From an uncultured Actinomycetes bacterium (lineage in GTDB: Bacteria; Actinomycetota; Acidimicrobiia; Acidimicrobiales; CADCTF01): DNA of 64,000 bases. Both the position numbers and the translations under genes were made by a program. Shown piece by piece: positions 50,924 through 62,544 of this stretch. The stretch spans positions 134,602-198,601 of the forward strand of contig CAVVPZ010000009.1 in the NCBI GenBank assembly GCA_963750255.1, in the 5' to 3' direction. Under the pieces are notes generated by a model that did no database searches, was not told where the DNA came from, and worked only from the letters and a program-made list of their open reading frames with translations. Numbering within the stretch: position 1 is the first letter of the stretch; every line of letters begins with the position of its first letter.

Positions 50924-51634
50924 GTGGAGTTCACTTCAGTCTCCATCGTCATCCCCGTGTACAACGAGGTGGCGACGCTCGAAGAACTCGTCCGCCGCGT
51001 CGAAGTGGCTGACGTGTGCGGTCTCGACAAGGAGATCGTGCTCGTCGACGACGCCAGTACCGACGGCACCGCCGAGGTGATGGTCAAGCTGGCCGAGTTG
51101 CACCTCACCCATACCCACACCAGAAACCGGGGCAAGGGCGCGGCGCTGCGCACGGGATTTGCGGCGGCCACGGGTGATGTCGTCATCGTGCAGGACGCCG
51201 ACCTGGAGTACGACCCGGCCGACTATCGCCGTCTTCTCGAGCCGATCCTCGAGGATCGGGCCGATGTGGTGTTCGGCTCTCGATTCTCGGGCGGCGGCCC
51301 TCACCGGGTCGTGTACTTCTGGCACTACGTCGGCAACAAGTCCCTCACCCTGCTTTCGAACATGATCACCAACCTCAACCTGACCGACATGGAGACCTGT
51401 TACAAGGTCTTCCGCCGTGATGCGGTCGAGGGCATCGTCTTCGAATCCGACCGCTTCGGTTTCGAACCCGAGTTCACGGTCAAGGTCGCCCGCCGCCATC
51501 TGCGCATCTACGAGGTCGGCATCTCGTATTACGGGCGCCGGTACGCGGAGGGCAAGAAGATCACGTGGAAGGACGGCTTCTCCACCATCTGGTGGCTGGT
51601 GCGCTATGGACTCCTCGCTGGTTCCACTCGGTAG
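50924..51634 (+). CDS. family 2 glycosyltransferase (polyprenyl-phosphate sugar synthase-like)
   Basis: The GTG start directly follows the kgd stop. [19 protein letters not shown] and [12 protein letters not shown] (DxD). Confidence 0.85.
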   Translation: MEFTSVSIVIPVYNEVATLEELVRRVEVADVCGLDKEIVLVDDASTDGTAEVMVKLAELHLTHTHTRNRGKGAALRTGFAAATGDVVIVQDADLEYDPADYRRLLEPILEDRADVVFGSRFSGGGPHRVVYFWHYVGNKSLTLLSNMITNLNLTDMETCYKVFRRDAVEGIVFESDRFGFEPEFTVKVARRHLRIYEVGISYYGRRYAEGKKITWKDGFSTIWWLVRYGLLAGSTR

Positions 51635-51714
51635 AGGCTCGCGTCACCGAAGCGTCTGATCTTGGCCAGGCCGGGATCTGCGTCGAGCCGTTGCAACACG
51701 ATGTCGGGTCCGGG

Positions 51715-52365
51715 TCAACCTCGTAGGGGGAAGCCGACGATCGTCTCGAGTTCGGCGAGAGCGATGCTGGGATCGCCGACCTTGATCGTGCGCATTCCCA
51801 TCGCCCGGGCGGGTTTGAGGTTCACGCCGAGGTCGTCGAGGAACACCGCCTCGGTGGGCTCGATCTCGAGAGTCGAGCAAGCGATTTCGTAGAACCGGGG
51901 GTCGGGCTTTCGAACGCCGACCTTGCTCGACTCGATCACGGCGTCGAAGAGACCGAGGACCTCGTCGCGTCCGGTGGCCCGGCCCTGACGGGGAAAGTCG
52001 TTGAAGCCCACGACGTTGTTGGTGAGGCACGCGGTTTTGAACCGAGTCCCGCATCGGCGCAAGGCCTCCACCATCTCGGGTCGAATTTGTCCGGCGAGCA
52101 ACGGCATCACTTCACGGGCCACGATCGTCTGGCCCAGGCCCCGCGCCTCGGCCTCGAACAGATCGCAGAACTCATCGAAAGGCACCTGGTTGCGCTCGAA
52201 CTTCGCCCATGCGTTGGTGTCGGGGTTGGTGGCGTTGAGCGTGCGAATGAAGTCCTTGGGCAAGCCTTGTTCGACCTCGTAGCGACGGAACGCTTCGAAC
52301 GGGCTCGACAGGATGACGCCGCCGAAGTCCCACAGCACGGCCCGCAGTTCACGCTCCTCGCTCAT
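51715..52365 (-). CDS. HAD family hydrolase
   Basis: From ATG 52365: VLWDFGGVI (DxG variant of motif I), CLTNN, KPDPRFYE and FLDDLGVNL. Confidence 0.85.
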   Translation of the reverse strand: MSEERELRAVLWDFGGVILSSPFEAFRRYEVEQGLPKDFIRTLNATNPDTNAWAKFERNQVPFDEFCDLFEAEARGLGQTIVAREVMPLLAGQIRPEMVEALRRCGTRFKTACLTNNVVGFNDFPRQGRATGRDEVLGLFDAVIESSKVGVRKPDPRFYEIACSTLEIEPTEAVFLDDLGVNLKPARAMGMRTIKVGDPSIALAELETIVGFPLRG

Positions 52366-53699
52366 GCGAGCACGTCCTCGGCCAACTCGGTCCATAGCTC
52401 CGTCGACAGTCGCAGCGACTCTTGGTCGACCCGCTCGTCGTCCCCGTGGAACATCGCTCCGAACTGCTCGAATCCGATTCGCTCGCTGAAGAGCCCGAAC
52501 CCGTAGGAGGGGATGCCCATCCTTCGGAAGAACCGAGCGTCGGTGGCACCGACGGTGAGGAAGGGAATGTTTTGCGATCCGGGCGCCACTCGATCGGTCG
52601 CTCTTTGCAACGCGCCCCAGAGCGGGGTGTCAATCGGTGAAGCGGTCGAGGGGTCGTCATTGGCGGCGATGAGGGTGACACTGGCGGCGAGATCCGGGCC
52701 GATGATCTCGTCGAGTTGGGCCCGCACCTCCTCGCCCGTCTGGCCCGGCAAGGTGCGAATGTCGAGCTGCAGGTCGACGCGATCGGGGATGACGTTGGTC
52801 TTCGTGCCTGCGTGCATCACGGTCGGCGCAAAGGTCGTGTGGGTGCAGGCATGCGCTTGCCGGGCCAGTCCCAACGGGAGTTGTTCACACAAGCCGACCA
52901 ATTCGTCGGCGTCGAGGAGCGAGCGTGTGAGGCCGGGTTCCCACTCGAGGCCCTCGACGAAGCGACGCCAGATGTCGTGTATCTCGGTCTCGGGCCGGTA
53001 CGCCTCGATACGGCGCACGACCTCGGCCGCTTTGACCAACGCGTTGTCCGTCCGAAATGGCAGCGACGCGTGGCCCGGCGTGCCCGAGATCCGGAGCGTG
53101 CACCAGAAACTGCCCTTCTCTCCGACGATGACAGGACGCTTGGTGCCGCCCTCGGAGGCCATCGGAAAGCCGCCCGACTCGGTGATCACGTAGTCGGCCC
53201 GCACGGCGTCGGACTCGTGCTCGGCGAGGTATTTGGCGCCGTAAGTCCCGAGCGCCTCCTCGTCGGCGACGGCGAGATAGATGAGGGTGCCGGTCGGCGA
53301 GAAGCTGCGCCGGGCCAGTCGTTTGGTCGCCACCGCCATCGACGCCGTCAAATTGAGCATGTCGACCGCGCCGCGGCCCCACACCTCGCCGTCGATGAGC
53401 TCGCCACCGTATGGATCGTGTCGCCAGCCGTCCGGATTGGCCGGCACCACGTCGGTGTGACCCATGAGCAACACGGTCGGCGCCGAAGGGTCGCGCCCCT
53501 CGATCCGTGCCACCAGCGAGGGACGCCCACGCTGGCTTTCGAAGCGAGCCAGATCGAGGCCTGAGCCCTCGAGATAGGCCTCCAACACCCCGACGCTGCG
53601 CTCCTCGAAGCCGGACTCCGGCGTGCCATCGTTCACGCAGGCGTTGCGAATGAGGTGCTGCAAGAGGTCGGTGACCTCAGCGGTGGGGTCATCGGGCAC
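52362..53699 (-). CDS. M20 family metallopeptidase (ArgE/DapE/CPG2-like)
   Basis: LLMGHTDVVP, WGRGAVDMLN, YLAVADEEALG and GTPGHAS. ATGA overlap with the HAD gene. Confidence 0.9.
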   Translation of the reverse strand: MPDDPTAEVTDLLQHLIRNACVNDGTPESGFEERSVGVLEAYLEGSGLDLARFESQRGRPSLVARIEGRDPSAPTVLLMGHTDVVPANPDGWRHDPYGGELIDGEVWGRGAVDMLNLTASMAVATKRLARRSFSPTGTLIYLAVADEEALGTYGAKYLAEHESDAVRADYVITESGGFPMASEGGTKRPVIVGEKGSFWCTLRISGTPGHASLPFRTDNALVKAAEVVRRIEAYRPETEIHDIWRRFVEGLEWEPGLTRSLLDADELVGLCEQLPLGLARQAHACTHTTFAPTVMHAGTKTNVIPDRVDLQLDIRTLPGQTGEEVRAQLDEIIGPDLAASVTLIAANDDPSTASPIDTPLWGALQRATDRVAPGSQNIPFLTVGATDARFFRRMGIPSYGFGLFSERIGFEQFGAMFHGDDERVDQESLRLSTELWTELAEDVLA

Positions 53700-53728
53700 G
53701 GCCGGACTCTATGGTTGACTGAGCGACG

Positions 53729-55270
<1,542 letters not shown>

Positions 55271-55301
55271 GGGTTCGCCCTCCGGTTCGGTCGGCATCGT
55301 C

Positions 55302-56108
55302 GTGCGCATCGCGACCTGGAACGTCAACTCACTCAAAGCCCGGCTGGAAAAGGTCGAGGAGTGGATCGGCTACGCCGCGCCCGACGTCCTGTGTCTCCAA
55401 GAGACCAAACTGGCTGACGCCGCTTTCCCGGCCATGGCATTCGCGGCGCTGGGGTATGAGTCCGCCCACCACGGCGAAGGCAGGTGGAACGGCGTGGCGA
55501 TCGTCAGTCGCGTCGGCCTCGACGACGTCGTGGCAGGGTTCGCGGCCCCACGTGAGCCCCAGGTCGAGGCCAGGCTGCTCTCGGCCACGTGCGCGGGTGT
55601 CCGGGTGTCATCGGTCTACGTGCCCAACGGACGGCAGGTAGGCACCGACCACTTCGAGGCCAAGCTCTCTTGGCTGGAGGATCTTCGTCGCCATCTCGTC
55701 GCCACCTGCGACCCGACGACACCCGTGGCGTTGTGTGGTGACTTCAACGTGGCCCCCGACGACCGCGATGTGTGGGATCCCCGCCGAGCCAACGGGGGCA
55801 CCCATGTCACGGACGAGGAACGGGCGGCGATCCACGCTCTCGAGAAGTGGGGCCTCGTCGACGCCTTTCGCCTCCAACACGACGGCGATCGGCTCTTCAG
55901 TTGGTGGGATTATCGGGCCGGCGACTTCCATAACCACCGCGGGATGCGCATCGATCTCGTGCTCGCCAGCCGTCCGCTGGCTGACCGAGTGACCTTCGCG
56001 CTGATCGACCGCCAGGCCCGAAAGGGCAAGCTTCCCTCCGATCACGCCCCGCTCTTGGTCGACTTCGACGTCGACACGGCCATCATCGAGGAGTCCCGCC
56101 ATGACTGA
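55302..56108 (+). CDS. xthA: exodeoxyribonuclease III
   Basis: From GTG 55302: [15 protein letters not shown]...DVLCLQETK...GDFNVAP...[10 protein letters not shown]. Confidence 0.9.
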   Translation: MRIATWNVNSLKARLEKVEEWIGYAAPDVLCLQETKLADAAFPAMAFAALGYESAHHGEGRWNGVAIVSRVGLDDVVAGFAAPREPQVEARLLSATCAGVRVSSVYVPNGRQVGTDHFEAKLSWLEDLRRHLVATCDPTTPVALCGDFNVAPDDRDVWDPRRANGGTHVTDEERAAIHALEKWGLVDAFRLQHDGDRLFSWWDYRAGDFHNHRGMRIDLVLASRPLADRVTFALIDRQARKGKLPSDHAPLLVDFDVDTAIIEESRHD

Positions 56109-56793
56109 TGTCCCCTTCGGATCGCCTGAATTCGGGCGCCGACTGCTCGAGGGACGGTCCGCCGAGGTCACGCCCCAGCGAGCGGAGATGCGTCGACTCG
56201 CTGACGCCGCCCGCCTCTTGGTGGAGCGCCTCGTCGCGACCCAAGCGCCGGTCGAGACCTTGGCCGAGGCGGCCAACGCGGTCGAGGCGGTGGCCGCGAC
56301 CCTCGACGGGTTCGGTCGGGGCCATTCCTTCGAAGGGTTCGCCGAATCGGCGACGGCAGGCGATCCGCACGCCTTCTTCGATCACAGTCCGATCATCGGT
56401 CGGGCGAATCCGTTGGCCCCGCCGCTCACGCTCGAGGTGATCGACGGCAAGGTGGCAGGGCGGGCGACGTTCGGCTCGGCCTACGAGGGCCCGCCGGGCG
56501 CCGTCCACGGCGGTTACGTCGCCGCCGCCTTCGACGAGGTGCTGGGGATGGCCCAGTCGCTCGGCGAGAAACCGGGAATGACGGGCACGCTCACCGTGCG
56601 CTACCGGCGCCCGCACCCGTTACGTACCGAGATCGAATTCGAGGGCGAACTCCTACGGGTCGAGGGTCGCAAGATCTTCACCGCCGGCCGATCCTTCGCC
56701 GGCGGCGAACTCCTGGCCGAAGTCGAGGGCATCTTCATCTCGGTCGACTTCGCCAAGATGGCCCAGATGATGACGCCGAAGGCGCCGGACTAG
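56101..56793 (+). CDS. PaaI-family (hotdog fold) thioesterase with an N-terminal extension
   Basis: GAVHGGYVAAAFDEVLGMA and TGTLTVRYRRP form the PaaI/4HBT pattern. Confidence 0.8.
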   Translation: MTDVPFGSPEFGRRLLEGRSAEVTPQRAEMRRLADAARLLVERLVATQAPVETLAEAANAVEAVAATLDGFGRGHSFEGFAESATAGDPHAFFDHSPIIGRANPLAPPLTLEVIDGKVAGRATFGSAYEGPPGAVHGGYVAAAFDEVLGMAQSLGEKPGMTGTLTVRYRRPHPLRTEIEFEGELLRVEGRKIFTAGRSFAGGELLAEVEGIFISVDFAKMAQMMTPKAPD

Positions 56794-57229
56794 CCGAAGC
56801 TCAGGATGCGAGCCGGCGGCCCGAAGCGCTCATGGAAGAGCGACCACTCCTCGTCGAGCGGCAGCGGCAAAGCAGCGGCGCCCGAGCCGATCAACGGCTT
56901 GGGTTTGCGCGGCGCGTCGGCTGGCGCTGTTGCCGCCGCGGCCCTTGTAGACGATCAGCCCGCTCAGCGGATCAGGGACGGCATCGAGGGCGACTTGGAC
57001 GCCGAGGCTCGACCGGTAGCGGTCCCACGCCTCTTCATCGATGAAGGCGACCTCGAAGATGACGCCCCAGGAGCTGCGCTCCCAGTTCCAGTCGGTGGCA
57101 CCCGAAACGATGGCGTTCTCGACCAGTCGATCGCCCCACGCCTCGGCCCACGACCCCGCGCTCGAAGACGCCGTCGAATACTTCGATGGACATCCAGTAG
57201 GGGCCAGCCACGGCGCCAGGGTACGTCAT
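56790..57229 (-). pseudogene. hypothetical protein, two frameshifts as assembled (about 57150, about 56900)
   Basis: Manual three-frame tracing gives MTYPGAVAGPYWMSIEVFDGVFERG / SWAEAWGDRLVENAIVSGATDWNWERSSWGVIFEVAFIDEEAWDRYRSSLGVQVALD...YKGRGG / ...PKPLIGSGAAALPLPLDEEWSLFHERFGPPARILSFG-stop. Confidence 0.45.
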
Positions 57230-57243
57230 CTCAGCGCCGGCCG

Positions 57244-57534
57244 TCAGGCCGAGAGGTGGAGACGGAGCTTTTCCAGGCCTGATCCGTAGGCCGATCGCAG
57301 CCGGTCGCCGCCCACGCCGAGGTCACCGCGCAGCTGTGTCATGGTCCGGATGGCGTGGCCCCGCAGCCCGAAGCGGGCCGCGATCACCTCCCGTTCGAGG
57401 TCGGAGAGATCGTCGAAGAGGTGGGTGTCGACCCGAATGGCGACCAGGTCGTCATCAGCTTCGCCCCCCACATCGACCAGATCCCCGAGCGCATCCGGAT
57501 ACGGCCATCCGTCTTCTGCGGGCCACAGAGTCAT
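57244..57534 (-). CDS. small sigma-70 region-4-like HTH protein
   Basis: From ATG 57534: LSDLEREVIAARFGLRGHAIRTMTQLRGDLGVGGDRLRSAYGSGLEKLR resembles region 4.2. Confidence 0.5.
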   Translation of the reverse strand: MTLWPAEDGWPYPDALGDLVDVGGEADDDLVAIRVDTHLFDDLSDLEREVIAARFGLRGHAIRTMTQLRGDLGVGGDRLRSAYGSGLEKLRLHLSA

Positions 57535-57565
57535 GCATCTGTTCTCGCGCCCGAAGGCGCCGGCG

Positions 57566-58063
57566 TCAAGGCTTGGCGGCGATCCAGGAGTCGACGACGC
57601 CTTCTTCCACGGCGGCGTGCTCACGCAATCCGGACACGATGGCTGCTTCGACCTTTCCGCCCACGAGCGGCACCGAGACCTTGATCTCGGCCTCGGTCAG
57701 ACGCCAGGTCCGACCGGGCTCGACTTCGCTCAGGACGAAGGTGCCCGACCCTCGAAGGAGGTTGCGGTAATGCTCGGGCACGATGCGCCAGGTGGTGTGG
57801 TGGGTGCGGCGGTCGAGCGTCGACTCCTCGACCCAACTCAGTCGCCCCGGGTCGACCACCCGGCGTACGGCGGAGTTGACCTCGCCCGTGAACGCATAGC
57901 GGACCCAGAGGTGGAGGAGATCACCGGCCTCGACCCGGTGCACCAGGGTCGGGCGGCCGAGGTCGGGGAGTTGGCCGAGGTGCTCGATGAAATCGGGATC
58001 GGTGAACGCGGTCTCGACCGAGGCAAGGCTCCCGGAGAAGTGCTGATCGATGGTGAACCGCAT
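57566..58063 (-). CDS. SRPBCC/DUF2505-like protein
   Basis: 165-aa clean ORF MRFTIDQHFSGSLASVETAFTDPDFIEHL..., typical of actinobacterial DUF2505 proteins. This call is from memory and is moderate. Confidence 0.65.
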   Translation of the reverse strand: MRFTIDQHFSGSLASVETAFTDPDFIEHLGQLPDLGRPTLVHRVEAGDLLHLWVRYAFTGEVNSAVRRVVDPGRLSWVEESTLDRRTHHTTWRIVPEHYRNLLRGSGTFVLSEVEPGRTWRLTEAEIKVSVPLVGGKVEAAIVSGLREHAAVEEGVVDSWIAAKP

Positions 58064-58083
58064 TCGGCCGACGCTACCGGCGG

Positions 58084-60077
58084 TCAGGCGCTCTCGCGTT
58101 GGTCAGCGACGAGGGCGAGGAGGGCATCGCCGTATCGCTCGACCTTGACCGGACCGATGCCGGGGACGCCGAGCAGCGAGGCGCGGTCGTCGGGACGCCA
58201 GCAGCGAGTGCGGCCAGGGTGACGTCGGCGAAGACCAGGTGGGGCGGGATGGCCGCCGCTTTGGCCGTGCGGCTCCGCCACTGCTTGAGCGCGGTGAGGA
58301 CCGCCTCGTGCTCAGGATCGAGCGCGGGGCCGAGTGAACGCAACCGCGTGCGCTGGCGGTCGAGGGCAGGGCGCCACGTGACGGCGGTGCCGCCACCGAG
58401 TCGATGCAGGGCGGCCTCGACGGTCTCGAGCCACGGCGACGGGGATCGGCGCATGCTCCGTTCGCCGAACGTGCGCCGCTCGGACCACGAGCAATGCAGC
58501 TCGTCTCGGGCTCGGGTCATGGCGACGTAGAGCAGGCGGCGCTCCTCGGCCAGTTCTCCTTCGGACTCGGCCCGCCCGATGGGAACAAGACCCCTTTCGA
58601 GCCCGGCGATGAAGACGATGGGCCACTCGAGGCCCTTGGACCGGTGAAAGGTGACGACCTCGACCGCGTCGGCGCCAGCCTCGGGCTCGTCGCCCTGCAC
58701 GGTGGCGACCAGCCAAGCCTGGAATGCGGGCACCGAAGGTCGGGCGTCGAGCAGCGCGTACTCGTGACCGAGCCGCACGAGTGCAGCGAGGTGGTCGCGC
58801 CGGTCGGGGTCGGTGAGGCCGAGAAGCCCGGACTCGAGGTCGGCAAGGCGACTGGCGAACGGAACGCGGGCCGGCGACGCGGCGAGGTCGGCCAACGCGG
58901 CGGTCACTTCGGGCTGACGGAGGAGGCCGCCGCCTCCCCTGACTCGGAAGGGAATCTGCGCTGCCCGAAAGGCCCGCTCGAACTCGACGGATTGGGCGTT
59001 GGTGCGGACCAACACGGCGCAATCGGACCACGGCCGGGTCGGCCCGTGGTGACGTCGGATCTCGGCGGCGATGGTGGTCGCCTCGGCGGCGGCATCGGGC
59101 ATCGAACGGACCGTCGGGAGACGGCCGTCGGCTTGGTGGGCCTGGATCGGCGCCGGCGACTCTTCCTGGCCGGCCAGCACGGCCGAGGCGACGGCCAGCA
59201 CCTGGGGACTCGATCGGTAGTTGTCGTCGAGGCGAATCGTCGACGCTGTCGGGAAGTGGGACGCGAAGTCGACCAGCAGATCAGGGTCGGCACCGTTCCA
59301 CGAATAGATGGCCTGGTTGGGGTCGCCGACCACGCACAGGTCGAGCCGATCCCCGAGCCAGCCTCGGAGGAGGTGGAACTGGACGGGGTTGACGTCTTGG
59401 AATTCGTCGACGAAGAGGTGGCGGAAGCGCCACCGTTGGCTGGCGGCGAACTCCTCGTCGTCGGCCAAGGCGGCTGCGCACCGCCCGAGCAGGTCGTCGA
59501 AATCGACGACGCGGCGCTTGCGCTTCTCGGCTTCGTAGCGGAGATAGAGCGTTGCCATCTCTTCGAACGGGAGGGGAGGGGTGCGGCCGACGCGCTCGGC
59601 CTCGGCGCCGTACCGCTCGGGGCTGACCAGGCGGGCCTTGGCCCACTCGATCTCGGAAGCTGCATCAGCGGCGAGCAGCCGGGCCGACTCGGAGGGACCG
59701 AGCAGCGGCACGAGGAGTCGCGACTTGCGGTCGAGCAGCGCGGGAGCGCTCTCGCCCCGGTCGGCCCACCGGCGCCGCAACTGGGCGTAGGCAACTGCGT
59801 GGAACGTGCCGGCGACGACGGCGGGCCGCACCCCGAGGCCACGCAGCCGTTCGCGCAACTCGCCCGCCGCCTTACGGGTGAAGGTGAGGGCGAGCACGTG
59901 CGGAGCGTCGGCAGTGCCGGTGAGCACCCGGTGGGCGATGCGCCGGGTCAGGACCCGGGTCTTGCCCGAACCAGCACCGGCGAGAATGCGCAGCGGCCCG
60001 TCGTCGGTCGTAACGGCCCGGCGCTGGTCGGCGTTGAGGCCGGCCAAAAGCGCGTCGGGAGTGGTCGGGTGCGGCAC
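58084..60077 (-). pseudogene. uvrD2: UvrD/PcrA-family helicase with a C-terminal HRDC-like domain (UvrD2-like), one frameshift (about 58199)
   Basis: From GTG 60077: ILAGAGSGKTRVLTRRIA, LALTFTRKAA, LFVDEFQDVN, VVGDPNQAIYSWNGA, TFHRSKGLEW and LLYVAMTRAR. The HRDC tail LVFADVTLAALAA / RPDDRASLLGVPGIGPVKVERYG is split over two frames. Confidence 0.85.
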
Positions 60078-60084
60078 CCGTCGA

Positions 60085-60106
60085 ACGTTACGGACCGGGT
60101 GCGACA
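60085..60106 (-). promoter_or_regulatory. RecA-NDp-like motif TGTCG-cac-N8-TAACGT, 7 nt upstream of uvrD2 GTG
   Basis: The minus strand reads gTGTCGcac-ccggtccg-TAACGT-tcgacgg-GTG. As I recall it, the mycobacterial consensus is tTGTCRgtg-N8-TAnnnT. Confidence 0.3.
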
Positions 60107-60125
60107 CGAACGCGGATGGTCCCCG

Positions 60126-60226
60126 CCCCCCAATCCCCCCGTTGAGGTGGCTCTTGTGGTGGTCGAAATCGGACAATTCGGGCGGATCAACGACCGGATC
60201 GGCCACCTCAACGCGGATTGGGGGGG
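60126..60226. repeat. imperfect inverted repeat (about 25-nt arms, about 50-nt spacer) in the divergent uvrD2/hydrolase intergenic region
   Basis: Left arm CCCCCCAATCCccccGTTGAGGTGGC (60126-60151). Right arm GCCACCTCAACgcGGATTGGGGGGG (60202-60226). Perfectly complementary blocks of 12 and 11 nt. Confidence 0.7.
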
Positions 60227-60239
60227 TTTGGGGAGGGGG

Positions 60240-60245
60240 TAGGTT
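60240..60245 (+). promoter_or_regulatory. putative -10 TAGGTT, 8 nt upstream of hydrolase GTG 60254
   Basis: TAGGTT-gcccgccc-GTG. Confidence 0.3.
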
Positions 60246-60253
60246 GCCCGCCC

Positions 60254-61007
60254 GTGGCCAAGCGGGCGTTCGATGGGGGCCGACTGTTCGGCGTGACGCA
60301 CGGCGAGGCGCCGTTCGGAGTGCTGGCCCTGCCTGGCTGGATGCACACCTCGGCCGACTGGGACGCGACGCTGCGTCCGCTCTCGGTCGGTGCGGTGGCC
60401 CTCGATCTGCCCGGCTTCGGCGGCGCCACGCCCGAGCCGGCGAGCGCTACGGGGTCGGCTGGGTACGCCGAGGTGGTGCGACCGGTGCTGGTCGAGATGG
60501 ACGCTCCGGTGGTCGTTGTCGGCCACAGCTTCGGGGGACGGGTGGCGCTGCACCTCGCCGCTTCGCACCCCGACCTGGTGCGGGGCGTGGTGATCACGGG
60601 GGTGCCCAAGCTGGTGGCGCCTACGGCGGCAGGTCCTGGACCCTCGCCCGCCTACCGCCTGGCCCGCTGGCTGCATCGAAGGGGTTTGATGAGTGACGAG
60701 AAGATGGAGGCCCGGCGGCGCAGGAGCGGATCGGCCGACTACCGCAACGCGGCGTCGCCGGTCATGCGCGATGTCCTCGTGCGGGTCACGAACGAGCACT
60801 ACGAGGACCAACTGCGAGCCATCCGCTGCCCGGTCGAACTCGTCTACGGCGCGCGAGGACACCGCGGCACCGGCGGACATGGCCGAGGCAGGCGCCCGAC
60901 TCCTCGGTGATCGGGCCAACCTGACGGTGCTCGACGGCGTCGACCACTTCACCCCCACGGCGGCGCCGGAAGCCCTGACCGCCGCCATCGAGCGGTGCCT
61001 CGGATGA
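60254..61007 (+). pseudogene. alpha/beta hydrolase, one frameshift (about 60853)
   Basis: VVVVGHSFGGRVAL (GxSxG). After CPVELVYGA the conserved end EDTAAPADMAEAGARLLGDRANLTVLDGVDHFTP is in the next frame, ending at TGA 61005-61007. Confidence 0.75.
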
Positions 61008-62533
61008 CCGCCGTGGCGGTCCTCGCCGGCCTCGTCGCCGCCGGGTTGGCCGGGATGCGTTGGCTGCGGGTGGCACAGCGCGAGCACTACCTCGTCGGGT
61101 CGTGCACCCGCTTCGCCCGCCGTTGGTGGCTGGGGCTCGGCTTCAACACCCTCCTCGCCGTCGGCGTCGGCGTCAACCTGCTGCTCTCGCTCGTGTCGCC
61201 GTTCTTCGGGTTCCTCGTCGCCGTTCCCGTCGCCGTGGGACCCTTCGGACTGAAGCTTCGGGGCACGGCCCCCGGTCCGATCGCGTGGACGAACCGGCTG
61301 AAGACCTTGACCGCGGTGTGGGTCACCATCTCGGTGGCCGTCGTCGGCGTGACCGGGCTGCTGGGACGTCCGGCGTTCGGGGCCGCCCTGGTCGCCGCCG
61401 CCGCTCCGGTCCTGGTCGACGTCGCCCTGCGCATCACCGCGCCGATCGAGCGACGCAAAGCGGGTGTCTTCGTGGACCGGGCGACGGAGAAGCTCCGGTC
61501 GATCAACCCGACCGTGATCGCCATCACTGGCAGCTTCGGCAAGACCGGGACCAAGGGGTACGTCACCCACCTCGCGTCGGCCAGCCGCACCGTCGTGCCG
61601 ACGCCGGCGAGCTTCAACAACACAGCCGGGCTCTCTCGCGCCATCAACGAAAACCTCGCCCCTGGCACCGAAGTGTTCGTGGCCGAGATGGGCACGTACG
61701 GACCGGGCGAGATCGCCGACATGTGTTCCTGGGTGCGCCCGTCGATCGCCGCCATCACGGCCATCGGTCCCGTGCACCTCGAGCGCATGGGTGACGAGGA
61801 GACAATCACCCGAGCGAAGGCCGAGATCTTCGCCACCGCCGACACGTGCGTGCTCAACATCGACGATCCCCACCTCGCTCCGTTGGCCGACGAGCTGGCC
61901 GTCGAGGGAAAGGCGGTGGTCCGCTGCTCGGGGGTCGATCCGTCGGTCGACGTCGCCGTGATCGACGACGAGGGCGAGCGCACCGTGAGTGTCGGGGGCC
62001 ATGAACTGGTTCGGCTGCCGCGAACCGACTCGCCGCCGACCAACGTCGCCATCGCCATCGCCCTCGCCCGCGCCGTCGGCGTTCCCGATGATGTGATCGC
62101 CCGCCGGCTCGGCGATCTCCCGACGGCCCGCAATCGGCGGACCATCAGTCGAGGTTCGACCGGTGCGACGTTCATCGACGACACCTACAACTCCAACCCG
62201 ACCGGCGCTCGGGCCGCATTGGTCACCCTCCAGCAGCAGGCGGCGACGCTTCACGGGAGCGGGGTGGCCTTGGTCACGCCCGGGATGGTCGAACTCGGAA
62301 GCCGCCAGTACGAGGAGAACCGGGCCTTCGCCGCGGCCGCCTCGGAGGTGTGTACCGACATCGTCGTGATCGGGGCCACCAACCGCAAGGCCCTGATGGC
62401 CGGCGGTCACGAAGGCCGGGCCCGCGTCGTACTCGTCGATGATCGGGCCGCCGCCACGGCGTGGGTGCGGGAGAATACGGGCGAGGGCGATGTCGTGCTC
62501 TTCGAGAACGACCTGCCCGACCACTTCCCGTAG
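61004..62533 (+). CDS. MurF-type Mur ligase family protein with an N-terminal ~150-aa multi-pass membrane region in place of the usual N-domain
   Basis: ATGA overlap with the upstream stop. About 4 hydrophobic helices are followed by IAITGSFGKTGTKGY (Mur P-loop), VAEMGTYGPGEI, AITAIGPVHLERMG and IDDTYNSNP (MurF-like C-domain). Confidence 0.85.
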   Translation: MTAVAVLAGLVAAGLAGMRWLRVAQREHYLVGSCTRFARRWWLGLGFNTLLAVGVGVNLLLSLVSPFFGFLVAVPVAVGPFGLKLRGTAPGPIAWTNRLKTLTAVWVTISVAVVGVTGLLGRPAFGAALVAAAAPVLVDVALRITAPIERRKAGVFVDRATEKLRSINPTVIAITGSFGKTGTKGYVTHLASASRTVVPTPASFNNTAGLSRAINENLAPGTEVFVAEMGTYGPGEIADMCSWVRPSIAAITAIGPVHLERMGDEETITRAKAEIFATADTCVLNIDDPHLAPLADELAVEGKAVVRCSGVDPSVDVAVIDDEGERTVSVGGHELVRLPRTDSPPTNVAIAIALARAVGVPDDVIARRLGDLPTARNRRTISRGSTGATFIDDTYNSNPTGARAALVTLQQQAATLHGSGVALVTPGMVELGSRQYEENRAFAAAASEVCTDIVVIGATNRKALMAGGHEGRARVVLVDDRAAATAWVRENTGEGDVVLFENDLPDHFP

Positions 62534-62544
62534 AAGGAGCGACC

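Noticed and set aside
60081-60096. LexA SOS box upstream of uvrD2
   Set aside because: Only the first half-site TCGAAC matches. The second half (CGGACC) does not resemble GTTCGA.
59948-62524. 858-aa minus-strand ORF
   Set aside because: It is antisense to the hydrolase and Mur ligase genes, both of which carry clear motifs. It is a shadow ORF.
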